Assembly (NCBI GenBank): GCA_964602985.1
Contig: CAZRTJ010000005.1
Span: 73,198-137,197, forward strand
Direction: 5' to 3'
Length of the DNA stretch: 64,000 bases
Source: an uncultured Bacteroidota bacterium
Lineage (GTDB): Bacteria; CLD3; SB21
This document shows positions 18,972 through 27,736 of this stretch, piece after piece. The translations under genes were made by a program, and so were the position numbers. The notes below the pieces were generated by a model, which had not been told where the DNA came from, made no database searches, and was given only the letters and a program-made list of their open reading frames with translations. How positions within the stretch are numbered: position 1 is the stretch's first letter; each line of letters begins with the position of its first letter.

Positions 18972-20789
18972 ATGAAATCGTTTCTCGATGTGCTCAATGA
19001 AAAAATCGTGGTGTTCGACGGCGCCACCGGAACGAATCTCCAGACGCAGAATCTGACGGCAGATGATTTCGGAGGTGAGGAATACAACGGCTGCAACGAA
19101 TACCTCCTGATCTCCAAACCGGCCGCGATGGAAAAAGTCCATGTCGATTTTCTCCAAGCCGGAGCCGATGTGATCGAGACGAATACGTTTGGCAGTACTT
19201 CGATTGTTCTGGCGGAATACGACTTGCAGACCCGCGCGTACGAGATGAACCGGCTGGGCGCCGCGCTGGCCAGGAATTGCGCGCAGATGTTTTCCACCCC
19301 GGACAAGCCTCGCTTTGTCGCGGGCTCGATTGGTCCTACAACCAAATTGCCGTCGCTGGGACACATCGACTTCGAGACCTTACGGGCGTCCTTTTATGAG
19401 CAGATGGCGGGCCTGCTCGATGGAGGCGCGGACTTGTTCAGTATCGAAACGTGTCAGGACATTCTTCAAACCAAAATCGCGTTGTGTGCGGCCCAGGACC
19501 TCTTTCGCGACCGCAGGACGCGCATTCCGATCATCACCTCCGTGACGGTCGAAACGACCGGCACCATGCTCATGGGAACGGAGATCGCCTCCGCGCTCAC
19601 CACCCTCGAACCGTACGACATTGTCGACGTGGTCGGCATGAACTGCGCCACGGGCCCGCAGGAGATGTCGGAAAACATCCGGTATTTGTGCCACAATTCC
19701 CCGAAACCCGTTTTCTGCATGCCGAACGCCGGCATTCCGGAAAACAGAGGCGGCAAAGCTCATTATCATCTTTCACCGGACGACTTGGTCAAATGGATGT
19801 CTCATTTTGTGCAGGATCTCGGCGTGCGAGTCGTCGGCGGCTGTTGTGGCACAACGCCTTCCCACATCGCCCGCCTCGCAGATGCCGCCACGAGGCTGAC
19901 GCCTGCCCAACGCACATGGGATTTTGTCCCGTCGGCATCCTCGATGTATTCGTCCGTTCCGTTGCACCTGGATCCGCCTCCGATCATCATCGGCGAACGC
20001 ACGAACGCCAACGGCTCCAGGAAGTTCCGCGATCTCCTGCTTCAGGAAAACTGGGAGGAAATGGTTTCCCTCGCCAAAGAGCAGGTGCGGGAAGGCGCGC
20101 ATGTGTTGGATGTCTGCGTCGCGTATGTCGGACGAAATGAAGTTCGGGATATGGAAGAGACCATTCGCCGTTTCAACACGCAGGTTTCGATCCCGATCAT
20201 GGTCGACTCGACGGAGACTCCCGTCATGGAGCGTGCCTTGCAACTCCTGGGCGGACGCGCAATTGTCAACTCGATCAATCTCGAGGATGGTGAGGAACGC
20301 ATGAGGCACATTCTGCCTTTGTGCAAGCGCTATGGGGCCGCGGTCGTCGCGTTGACCATTGACGAAGATGGTATGGCCAAAACCGCTCAGAAAAAGTTCG
20401 AGATTGCCACGCGCATCCGGAACCTGGCAACAGGCAAATACGGGATGCGGGAACAGGACTTGATCTTTGACACGCTGACGTTCACACTGGGATCCGGTGA
20501 GGAAGAATTCCGAAAAGCCGGCATGGAGACCCTTGAGGCCATCCGACTCATCAAGTCCCACTATCCGAATGTCAAGACACTCCTCGGGGTGAGCAATATT
20601 TCATTTGGACTCAACCCCGACGCCCGGCACGTGATCAATTCCGTCTTTCTTCATTACGCCATCGAAGCGGGATTGGATATGGCCATTGTCAACGCGCAGA
20701 AGATCCGGCCGCTGTATAAAATTGACGACCAGGAGCGGGAGCTGGCGCGGCAGTTGATTTTCGACGAACGCCGTTGGGAAGCGGCCTAA
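18972..20789 (+). CDS. metH: Methionine synthase core (homocysteine S-methyltransferase domain plus pterin-binding domain); cobalamin-binding and reactivation domains absent from this ORF
   Basis: 605 aa with homocysteine-binding and pterin-binding motifs and a GCCGTTP-type Zn motif. The ORF stops cleanly where the B12-binding domain would begin. Confidence 0.8.
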   Translation: MKSFLDVLNEKIVVFDGATGTNLQTQNLTADDFGGEEYNGCNEYLLISKPAAMEKVHVDFLQAGADVIETNTFGSTSIVLAEYDLQTRAYEMNRLGAALARNCAQMFSTPDKPRFVAGSIGPTTKLPSLGHIDFETLRASFYEQMAGLLDGGADLFSIETCQDILQTKIALCAAQDLFRDRRTRIPIITSVTVETTGTMLMGTEIASALTTLEPYDIVDVVGMNCATGPQEMSENIRYLCHNSPKPVFCMPNAGIPENRGGKAHYHLSPDDLVKWMSHFVQDLGVRVVGGCCGTTPSHIARLADAATRLTPAQRTWDFVPSASSMYSSVPLHLDPPPIIIGERTNANGSRKFRDLLLQENWEEMVSLAKEQVREGAHVLDVCVAYVGRNEVRDMEETIRRFNTQVSIPIMVDSTETPVMERALQLLGGRAIVNSINLEDGEERMRHILPLCKRYGAAVVALTIDEDGMAKTAQKKFEIATRIRNLATGKYGMREQDLIFDTLTFTLGSGEEEFRKAGMETLEAIRLIKSHYPNVKTLLGVSNISFGLNPDARHVINSVFLHYAIEAGLDMAIVNAQKIRPLYKIDDQERELARQLIFDERRWEAA

Positions 20790-22375
20790 CGCCATAGCCA
20801 GAATTTGTCTATTTCCCCCAGAGGTGAGGTTTGGGTATTCCCGACGCGACCGCGGAACGCAATGATTTCATGCCTCCAATACAGAAAGGTAGCCGGTTGA
20901 TCTTCGTGCAGAATTTCCTGGAAACGTCTCCAAATCGGCGCCGCATCCTGTGCGTTTCGGACTCTTTTTCCTTCCGCCAGTAACCGATCCACCTCTGCAT
21001 TCTGATACGACACGTCGTTATATGGATAGCGTGCAAGGTCCGAGTGCCACTCGCTTGTGGGGTCGATTTGAAGCGGGACACCAATCCCGGAAATGAAGGC
21101 GTCGTACTTCTTGTTCATTTCATCGTCATAGAAAACATTCGTCTCCACGGTCCGGACCGCGACACGGATGCCGACGGCTCGCAATCCTTTTTCAATGACC
21201 GACGCCGCAAACGCGCGCCGTTCATTTCCCGCATCATACACCAGGTCAAATGCAAACGGGACGCCATCCCGGTCGAGTACGCCGTCGCCGTCATGATCCT
21301 GCCAGCCTTCCTGTGCCAGCCACTCCCTCGCTCGCGTCGGATCATAAGGCCACGGCTGCAACGAGTCGTGCAACGCCCAGCGAAACATCGGCGAGATCGG
21401 AGACACAGCCACTTCCGCGAACGTGCCGTCAAAATATCCGTCGATGATCTCCTGCCTGGGAATCGCCATCGTAAGGGCCTGGCGAACTCGCCTGGAACCA
21501 AAGAGCCGGTGTGGACGGATATGCTTTGACGTTCGATAGAGTTCGGCGTCGATATTCTGCCATCCGACATAGTCGTAATACCGGTACCGCATCAATTCGA
21601 TCCGGCAATCCGGCACCGCCGCACGCAAACGATCCACATCCTGTGGTGACACCGGGTACATGACGTCGATTTCACCTGTCTGAAAGCTCGACAACCGAGT
21701 GGTATACTCAGGAATCACGCGAAAGATCACAGTCTGGAATCCCTCACCGGAATTTCTTTCCAACACGATCTGTTCCTGACGTTTCCACTCCACCAGGCGG
21801 AAGGGACCTCCAGACAGCGGTTTCGAATTGATCCAATGCCGTCGCACATCGCTTACCGAATCGACAATATGGGAAGGCAAGAAGCCGGGCTGAAGATTGG
21901 TGTCAAACACAGCGAGCGGATAGGCTTCGCGAAAGTGAAAGGCGATCGTAGAATCGTCGACGATCTCGACGGCTTGTGAAATGTCCGCGCCCTCCGGCAG
22001 GTCCAACATCAGCAGATGTTCTTTCTTCGTGCTGGCGACGGAAGAATCACGGATCTTTCGAAACGTGGATTGGACGTCGTGAGCGGACAGAGGATGCCCG
22101 TCGCTCCATCTCCAGTCGCCGCGAAGGTGGTACGTCAGTGTCTTGCCATCGTCCGAAAACTCCCAGCGCGTGGCCCACGACGGCGAATAATGAATGACCC
22201 CTGCACTATCCCACTCCGACTCCAGCAGTCTCGGCAGAATTCCGCTGCATAAGATCCGTTCGAACGCCGTTACATGCGTGACCGGATTGATCTGCTGGGC
22301 ATCGGCCTTCACGCCAATCACGACGATCTGCGGCCTCTCGTGACGACAGGCGCCACACAGAAACAGCAAGACCAT
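20786..22375 (-). CDS. ABC transporter substrate-binding protein, family 5 (peptide/nickel type)
   Basis: SBP_bac_5-like sequence. Start chosen at internal Met (MVLLFLCGAC lipoprotein-like signal). The longer ORF-track start would add 64 non-signal residues. Confidence 0.75.
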   Translation of the reverse strand: MVLLFLCGACRHERPQIVVIGVKADAQQINPVTHVTAFERILCSGILPRLLESEWDSAGVIHYSPSWATRWEFSDDGKTLTYHLRGDWRWSDGHPLSAHDVQSTFRKIRDSSVASTKKEHLLMLDLPEGADISQAVEIVDDSTIAFHFREAYPLAVFDTNLQPGFLPSHIVDSVSDVRRHWINSKPLSGGPFRLVEWKRQEQIVLERNSGEGFQTVIFRVIPEYTTRLSSFQTGEIDVMYPVSPQDVDRLRAAVPDCRIELMRYRYYDYVGWQNIDAELYRTSKHIRPHRLFGSRRVRQALTMAIPRQEIIDGYFDGTFAEVAVSPISPMFRWALHDSLQPWPYDPTRAREWLAQEGWQDHDGDGVLDRDGVPFAFDLVYDAGNERRAFAASVIEKGLRAVGIRVAVRTVETNVFYDDEMNKKYDAFISGIGVPLQIDPTSEWHSDLARYPYNDVSYQNAEVDRLLAEGKRVRNAQDAAPIWRRFQEILHEDQPATFLYWRHEIIAFRGRVGNTQTSPLGEIDKFWLWR

Positions 22376-22445
22376 GAATCGCACCGATCCTGCTCGAATG
22401 GATGTACGGAATTCGGTCACAGAAAAGAAAGACGGTTGGGTCGGT

Positions 22446-23786
22446 TCAATGAAGGACGTTCCACATTTCGCTGACGGTTGTAAATTTGACGCGAGGTCGA
22501 TTCTGTGACGCACCGCGGCTCTGCTCGATCTGGTCGATCTTCTGCCAGTCGGAATAGCTGAAGACACGGGTGCCCCTTGTCTTCAGCAAAACAGTGATGT
22601 CCGTGTCGGTCGGCGCAGGGAGCGTCGGTGCATCCTCCAACACCGCATTTGCCGTTTCAATGCCATCGGGCTTGTTCGTGCCGATCACTCCGGAAGGTCC
22701 GCGTTTGATCCACCCTGCGACGTAGGCGCCTTTCATCGTCACGCCGCCGCTCATCACGCGACCCCGGACGTTCGGAATAATCCCCGCCTTTTCGTCGAAT
22801 GGCAAGTCCGGTACCGGCACACCTTTGTATCCGATGGATCGAAAAACCAGTCCGACGGGAATGGTCACCGTACGGTCCGTGGCTTTTGGACGTAGACTTC
22901 CGTCTTCTGTTTTTATCAGAATGTTCTGTCGCAATACCATGGACTCGACACGCTCTGTGCCCGCAAGGGCGTCGGGGGAAACGAGAAACTTCGCAATGAT
23001 TCTCTTGGGTCTGCCGGATGGAGCGCGCCAGGCAAACTCCTTCATGATCTCCAGATTGCGCGCCACGCTTGTGTCCGGGTGGACTGCGAGAAACTCCTGC
23101 GTCAACGGATCCAACTCCAGTTCGTCGGGAGCGATCAGAATATCGGCCTCAGCCATCTCTCCCAGTTCCTTGATTTCCGTATTCGTGAAGGCCGCTTGTG
23201 CCGGTCCCCGTCGCCCGAGCAGGTAAATTTCGCGAACCTGAGAATGACGCAAGGCCTCCAAAGCGTAGTCCGCGATATCAGTCCGCGCCAGTTCCTCGTG
23301 CGAGCTTGCGAGGATACGTACGACATCCATCGCCACGTTCCCATTGCCGACGACAGCCACCTGTTTCTGACTCAGGTCGAAGCGGCACTGAACAAAGTCC
23401 GGGTGTCCGTTGTACCAGGCGACGAACTCCGTGGCGGCATGACTGCCCGCCAGATCTTCTCCGGGAATGCCCATCTGGCGGTCACTTTGGGCGCCGACCG
23501 CATAGACGATCGCGTGATACACGCGCTGCAATTCCGCATGCCGGATGTCTTTCCCGATTTCGACATTTCCAAAGAAACGAAATCCTTTTTGGAGCGCGAT
23601 TTTGTCATACACCTTTGTGACCGACTTGATCTTCTGGTGATCCGGCGCCACGCCGCCGCGAACCAAACCGAACGGCGTCGGCAGTTTTTCAAACATGTCC
23701 ACCGCACAGGACTGCTTCAACAAATGATCCGCGGCATAGAAGGCCGCGGGACCGGAACCGACAACGGCTACACGGATTGCCGACAT
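22446..23786 (-). CDS. FprA/adrenodoxin-reductase-like NADPH:ferredoxin oxidoreductase
   Basis: N-terminal VAVVGSGPAAFYAA FAD fold plus a second NAD(P) fold (VAVVGNGNVAMDV). Length and architecture fit FprA. Confidence 0.75.
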   Translation of the reverse strand: MSAIRVAVVGSGPAAFYAADHLLKQSCAVDMFEKLPTPFGLVRGGVAPDHQKIKSVTKVYDKIALQKGFRFFGNVEIGKDIRHAELQRVYHAIVYAVGAQSDRQMGIPGEDLAGSHAATEFVAWYNGHPDFVQCRFDLSQKQVAVVGNGNVAMDVVRILASSHEELARTDIADYALEALRHSQVREIYLLGRRGPAQAAFTNTEIKELGEMAEADILIAPDELELDPLTQEFLAVHPDTSVARNLEIMKEFAWRAPSGRPKRIIAKFLVSPDALAGTERVESMVLRQNILIKTEDGSLRPKATDRTVTIPVGLVFRSIGYKGVPVPDLPFDEKAGIIPNVRGRVMSGGVTMKGAYVAGWIKRGPSGVIGTNKPDGIETANAVLEDAPTLPAPTDTDITVLLKTRGTRVFSYSDWQKIDQIEQSRGASQNRPRVKFTTVSEMWNVLH

Positions 23787-23875
23787 ACTCTTCCTTAAAC
23801 TTCGGTATGAAATACTCTGCGAGAGTGTACAGAAATCGCCCCCGCCAGGAAAGAACTTTTGTCATCTGCGGAGAT

Positions 23876-23903
23876 CAGAAAAAACGCCGGGGTTTCCGGC
23901 GTT
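23876..23903 (-). terminator. Intrinsic terminator for the thiolase II gene
   Basis: On the minus strand: AACGCCGG-AAAC-CCGGCGUU followed by UUUUUUC, 25 nt after the stop. Confidence 0.65.
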
Positions 23904-23928
23904 ACGTGGACTGCGCCAATTTGTTTGA

Positions 23929-25104
23929 TCAGATGCTTTCGACGATGACCGCGCTGGCCTCTCCGCCGCCGATGCAGATCGCCGCCATGCCCGTCTTCTT
24001 CTGATGACGCCTCATCGCATGGATGAGCGTGGTCAGAATCCGGGCTCCGGAGGCTCCGATCGGATGACCCAGCGCGATCGCGCCGCCGTGCACGTTCAGT
24101 TTTTCCGCCGGGATCTTCAGCTCATGGGCCGCCGCGAGGCTGACGACCGCAAACGCTTCGTTGATTTCGAACAGATCGATACTGTCGATCGATCGACCGG
24201 CTTTCCTCAGGACTTTGTGAATGGCATCGATCGGCGCGGTCGTGAACCATTCCGGTTTTCGCGCGGAGGACGCCTGTGCGACGATTCGGGCGAGAGGCCT
24301 GATGCCCAGCGAGGATGCGCGATCCGCGCTCATGACGACGAGGGCGGCCGCCCCATCGTTGATGCTGGATGCATTGGCCGCGGTGATGGTTCCGTCCTTC
24401 TGAAAGGCAGGTTTCAAGGTCGGCATTTTTTCAAAGTTGGCTTTCTTGGGGCCCTCGTCTTCCGCGACGGAAATTTCCCCCTTCTTGTCGTGGATCTTCA
24501 CCGCGACGATTTCGTTGCCAAATGCGCCGTCTTTTTGTGCTTTTAACGCCCGTTCAAAACTCTGCCTGGCGAAAGCATCCTGGGCTTCCCGCGGCACGTT
24601 GCACTCCTTGGCGCATAATTCCGCTGCACTGCCCATATGAAAATTGTTGTACACATCCCAGAGACCATCCTTGATCATGCCATCGATCAATTGTCCGTGT
24701 CCCATCCGGTATCCCGTGCGTGCCTTCTCCAATAGATACGGCACATTGGACATGCTTTCCATTCCCCCGGCAACCACGATATCGGCATCGTCGCACTGAA
24801 CGGCTTGGGCCGCGAGCATCACGGCTTTCAGACCGGAACCGCACACTTTGTTCACCGTCAGGCAGGTCACACCTTCCGGAAGACCCGCGAATAGAGCGGC
24901 CTGGCGTGCAGGGGCTTGTCCGAGGCCGGCCGTGAGTACATTCCCCATAATGACTTCGTCGACCAGATCGTTCGCGATGCCGGCCCGCTGGATGGCCTCT
25001 CGCACGGCAATCGCTCCCAGTTGGGTCGCCGTCAAGCTGCTGAGCGAGCCCTGAAGGACACCAATGGGTGTTCGCACGGCGCTGACAATGACAACTTCTT
25101 TCAT
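23929..25104 (-). CDS. Acetyl-CoA C-acetyltransferase (thiolase II)
   Basis: Classic thiolase II N-terminus MKEVVIVSAVRTPIG, catalytic Cys region VNKVCGSGLKAV, C-terminal CIGGGEA. Confidence 0.9.
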   Translation of the reverse strand: MKEVVIVSAVRTPIGVLQGSLSSLTATQLGAIAVREAIQRAGIANDLVDEVIMGNVLTAGLGQAPARQAALFAGLPEGVTCLTVNKVCGSGLKAVMLAAQAVQCDDADIVVAGGMESMSNVPYLLEKARTGYRMGHGQLIDGMIKDGLWDVYNNFHMGSAAELCAKECNVPREAQDAFARQSFERALKAQKDGAFGNEIVAVKIHDKKGEISVAEDEGPKKANFEKMPTLKPAFQKDGTITAANASSINDGAAALVVMSADRASSLGIRPLARIVAQASSARKPEWFTTAPIDAIHKVLRKAGRSIDSIDLFEINEAFAVVSLAAAHELKIPAEKLNVHGGAIALGHPIGASGARILTTLIHAMRRHQKKTGMAAICIGGGEASAVIVESI

Positions 25105-25127
25105 ATCGGTTTCCTTTCTTTCATCGA

Positions 25128-26138
25128 TTATTCGCCGCCGCGTTTCAGCGAAAGCGAAGACGGCGGTTGACCGTGCTGATCGTACGCGTCGATAATGTCG
25201 CGCACCAGGCGATGACGCACGACGTCCTTTTTATCAAAAGTTACAAAGGCAATCCCGTCGATGCCCTTCAGAATCATCTGGACCTCACGCAAACCCGACG
25301 TCATGCCGCGTGGCAGATCGCTCTGGGTCGTATCGCCTGTGACGATCGCCCGGGAGTTTGCCCCCAGGCGGGTCAGAAACATCTTCATCTGTGTCGGCGT
25401 CGTGTTTTGCGCTTCGTCCAGGATCACAAATGCGTTATTGAGCGTGCGTCCGCGCATGTAGGCGAGGGGGACGATCTCGATCGCGCCTTGTTGCAGGTAT
25501 TTTTCCAAACGACTCGGCGGCAACATGTCGTGCAGTGCATCGTAGAGCGGGCGCAGGTAAGGATCGATCTTATCCCGAAGATCTCCCGGCAGGTACCCCA
25601 GACTCTCGCCGGTCTCGACGGCCGGCCGACTCAGGACGATTCGATCGATCTCCTTGTTCTTCAGCGCCGACACGGCCAGGGCGACCGCCAGATAAGTCTT
25701 GCCGGTCCCGGCCGGTCCGGTCGCAAAGACAATGTCGTTTTGCCGTGCCTGACGAACGTATTCCCGTTGTCCGTCGGTCTTGACTTCAATGACCTCACGA
25801 TCGGTGAACAGGACAACCGAATCCAGATCTTTGTGATGGACCGGTTCTGTTTCTTCCTCCGGCTCCGCCTGACCCATTTTCACCAAACGGATCATCGTCT
25901 CCACATCCACCCGATCCAAATAGCGCTTCTTGTGGCACAGGAAGATGAGTTCCGTGAACAATTCGTTGATCTTGTCGGCGTCCTCCTGGCGACCGCGAAT
26001 GTGGATGGTATCGCCGCGCACAATGATCCGCGCATCAAATTGATTCTCGATCAGTCGCAGATACGAATCATTGGGACCAAGCAGAACAACCGGACTCACC
26101 CCTTTGATTTTGAGGGTTCGATCTGACTTTTCTTCCAA
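25128..26138 (-). CDS. phoH: PhoH-family ATPase
   Basis: GPAGTGKTYLAVALA Walker A and the conserved PhoH core. Confidence 0.9.
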   Translation of the reverse strand: MEEKSDRTLKIKGVSPVVLLGPNDSYLRLIENQFDARIIVRGDTIHIRGRQEDADKINELFTELIFLCHKKRYLDRVDVETMIRLVKMGQAEPEEETEPVHHKDLDSVVLFTDREVIEVKTDGQREYVRQARQNDIVFATGPAGTGKTYLAVALAVSALKNKEIDRIVLSRPAVETGESLGYLPGDLRDKIDPYLRPLYDALHDMLPPSRLEKYLQQGAIEIVPLAYMRGRTLNNAFVILDEAQNTTPTQMKMFLTRLGANSRAIVTGDTTQSDLPRGMTSGLREVQMILKGIDGIAFVTFDKKDVVRHRLVRDIIDAYDQHGQPPSSLSLKRGGE

Positions 26139-26154
26139 TCCGACCTCCTTACAA

Positions 26155-26194
26155 ACAAAAAGCTCTCAAATGCACGGCATTTGAGAGCTTTTTA
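26155..26194 (-). terminator. Strong intrinsic terminator (13-bp perfect stem AAGCTCTCAAATG/CATTTGAGAGCTT) after the LysM gene
   Basis: Perfect 13-bp stem with a 5-nt loop and U-runs on both strands. It lies between the LysM gene stop and the phoH start. Confidence 0.75.
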
Positions 26195-26233
26195 TAGTTT
26201 CGAAATCGCAAACGCGAATCACACGACAATAGG

Positions 26234-27091
26234 CTAATCCCTCGGGATAATCAGGATCGTATGCGGGAAGATACGAGAAGCATCTTCACCGATAATGCTC
26301 TTGTTCGCGTTATAGATCTTGACCCAGTTGGAGGGCGAGCCGAAGACCGACGTCGAGATGGACTTCAAATTGTCCCCTCGCTGTACCCAGTATTCGTTGG
26401 ACTCCTGCGCCCGTGGGATCACGAATGTCTGATTCGGGAAGATCAAGTCCGGATTCCGAATCTGATCGCGGTTGGCGCTGTAGATCTTCATCCACTGGAA
26501 CGGATCCGCATAAATATCTTTTTTACCCGAAATTCTCCACAAGTAATCTCCGAGCGCCACGGAGTACGAGTCGTGACGAGGCTTGGGCGGAACATAGTTC
26601 TTCCCGCGCTGAATCAACTGCTCGCATCGATTGGAGAGATCGTTGACCTTGTTGAAAATCTCCGTCAACGCATACCGGCGATCCTTCTTGTTGGCATCGA
26701 CTTCACCTTTCAGGGCCTCCAATTCGCTCACAATCTTGCTCAGCGATTCGTCGCTCTGACGCGCATAGTCCCCAATGCGCTGTTCCAAAGCGGACAGTTT
26801 GGATTTCATCTCATCCACGCCGGCCTTGTCAGTTCCGACGGCTGCGTAGATTTCATTCCACAAATCCTCTGCTTCTTTGTCGAGTTTCGTTCCCTCGTCT
26901 TTCAGACCGGTGATATCCTTGTTCAAGCTATCGACGGTCTTCTGGAGACCGCCCAGTTGCTGGTCGAGACCGTTCATCTCATTTTGCCAGTCCTCTTTCT
27001 TCATCTTGACCTCTTCCTGAGCGAAGGAAGCGCCCGTAAAGATCACCAGCATCAATCCCGCGATAATCCAATTGAGTTTCATATCATTCAT
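26234..27091 (-). CDS. Secreted coiled-coil protein with two C-terminal LysM peptidoglycan-binding domains
   Basis: Signal peptide, ~150 aa heptad-rich region, then two LysM-like blocks (YSVALGDYLWRISGKK...; YWVQRGDNLKSIS...). Confidence 0.75.
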   Translation of the reverse strand: MNDMKLNWIIAGLMLVIFTGASFAQEEVKMKKEDWQNEMNGLDQQLGGLQKTVDSLNKDITGLKDEGTKLDKEAEDLWNEIYAAVGTDKAGVDEMKSKLSALEQRIGDYARQSDESLSKIVSELEALKGEVDANKKDRRYALTEIFNKVNDLSNRCEQLIQRGKNYVPPKPRHDSYSVALGDYLWRISGKKDIYADPFQWMKIYSANRDQIRNPDLIFPNQTFVIPRAQESNEYWVQRGDNLKSISTSVFGSPSNWVKIYNANKSIIGEDASRIFPHTILIIPRD

Positions 27092-27103
27092 TCTCCGTAT
27101 GCG

Positions 27104-27388
27104 TTACTGACCTTGGTTGGACTTTTCGATTTCTTGCAAGCGCTGCAGGACCAATTCCTTTTCCTTCTTGGCCTGATCGAGTTTTTGGCGCTTCTGCTGG
27201 ACATCTTGTTCAGCCTTCTTGCGGTCGTTGGTCAGCGTTGTGATCTGGTTTTCCATCGACTTCACCTTCGCACGCCGCTCATCCAGCTGGGTCAACTCCT
27301 CTTTCGAGGCGTACGAGGTGCAACTCGCGACCAGCGCCATGCTCATGAATCCACATGTCATCAGCATGCGTCGGAATGTTAAGTTCAT
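27104..27388 (-). CDS. Small coiled-coil lipoprotein (Lpp-like)
   Basis: Lipobox LVASC, then ~70 aa of charged heptad repeats. Confidence 0.55.
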   Translation of the reverse strand: MNLTFRRMLMTCGFMSMALVASCTSYASKEELTQLDERRAKVKSMENQITTLTNDRKKAEQDVQQKRQKLDQAKKEKELVLQRLQEIEKSNQGQ

Positions 27389-27736
27389 AGTTCCTCCTTA
27401 TGTGGTATTATATCTGTATGACGCAAGGATAGATTAATACTAACTTTAGCCTAAGTTAATGGCGAATGCCGTATTTGTCAATCAAAATTTTGAAAAATAA
27501 CAGGTTACCTGTCCAGTACCGGATGTGCGAACCGCGGACCTATCTGTACTTGAAGTCCAGGACATTCTTGCTTCCACATCCAACACAGTAGAATTGCGGA
27601 TACTCAGAAAGATAATCGACGCTCACATCGTTGACCCGCTGACACTTGATGCACCAATACCGCAGGGCCAGACGTTTCCCCCACACAGTCACGACGGATC
27701 TCCAGAATCTCACACGAAAAGGAGTCCTGGCCAACA

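Noticed and set aside
14543-20803. Exact 13-mer CCATAGCCAGAAT present at about 14543 and about 20791
   Set aside because: About 30 exact 13-mer coincidences are expected by chance in 64 kb, and there is no flanking similarity, so I do not treat it as a repeat element.
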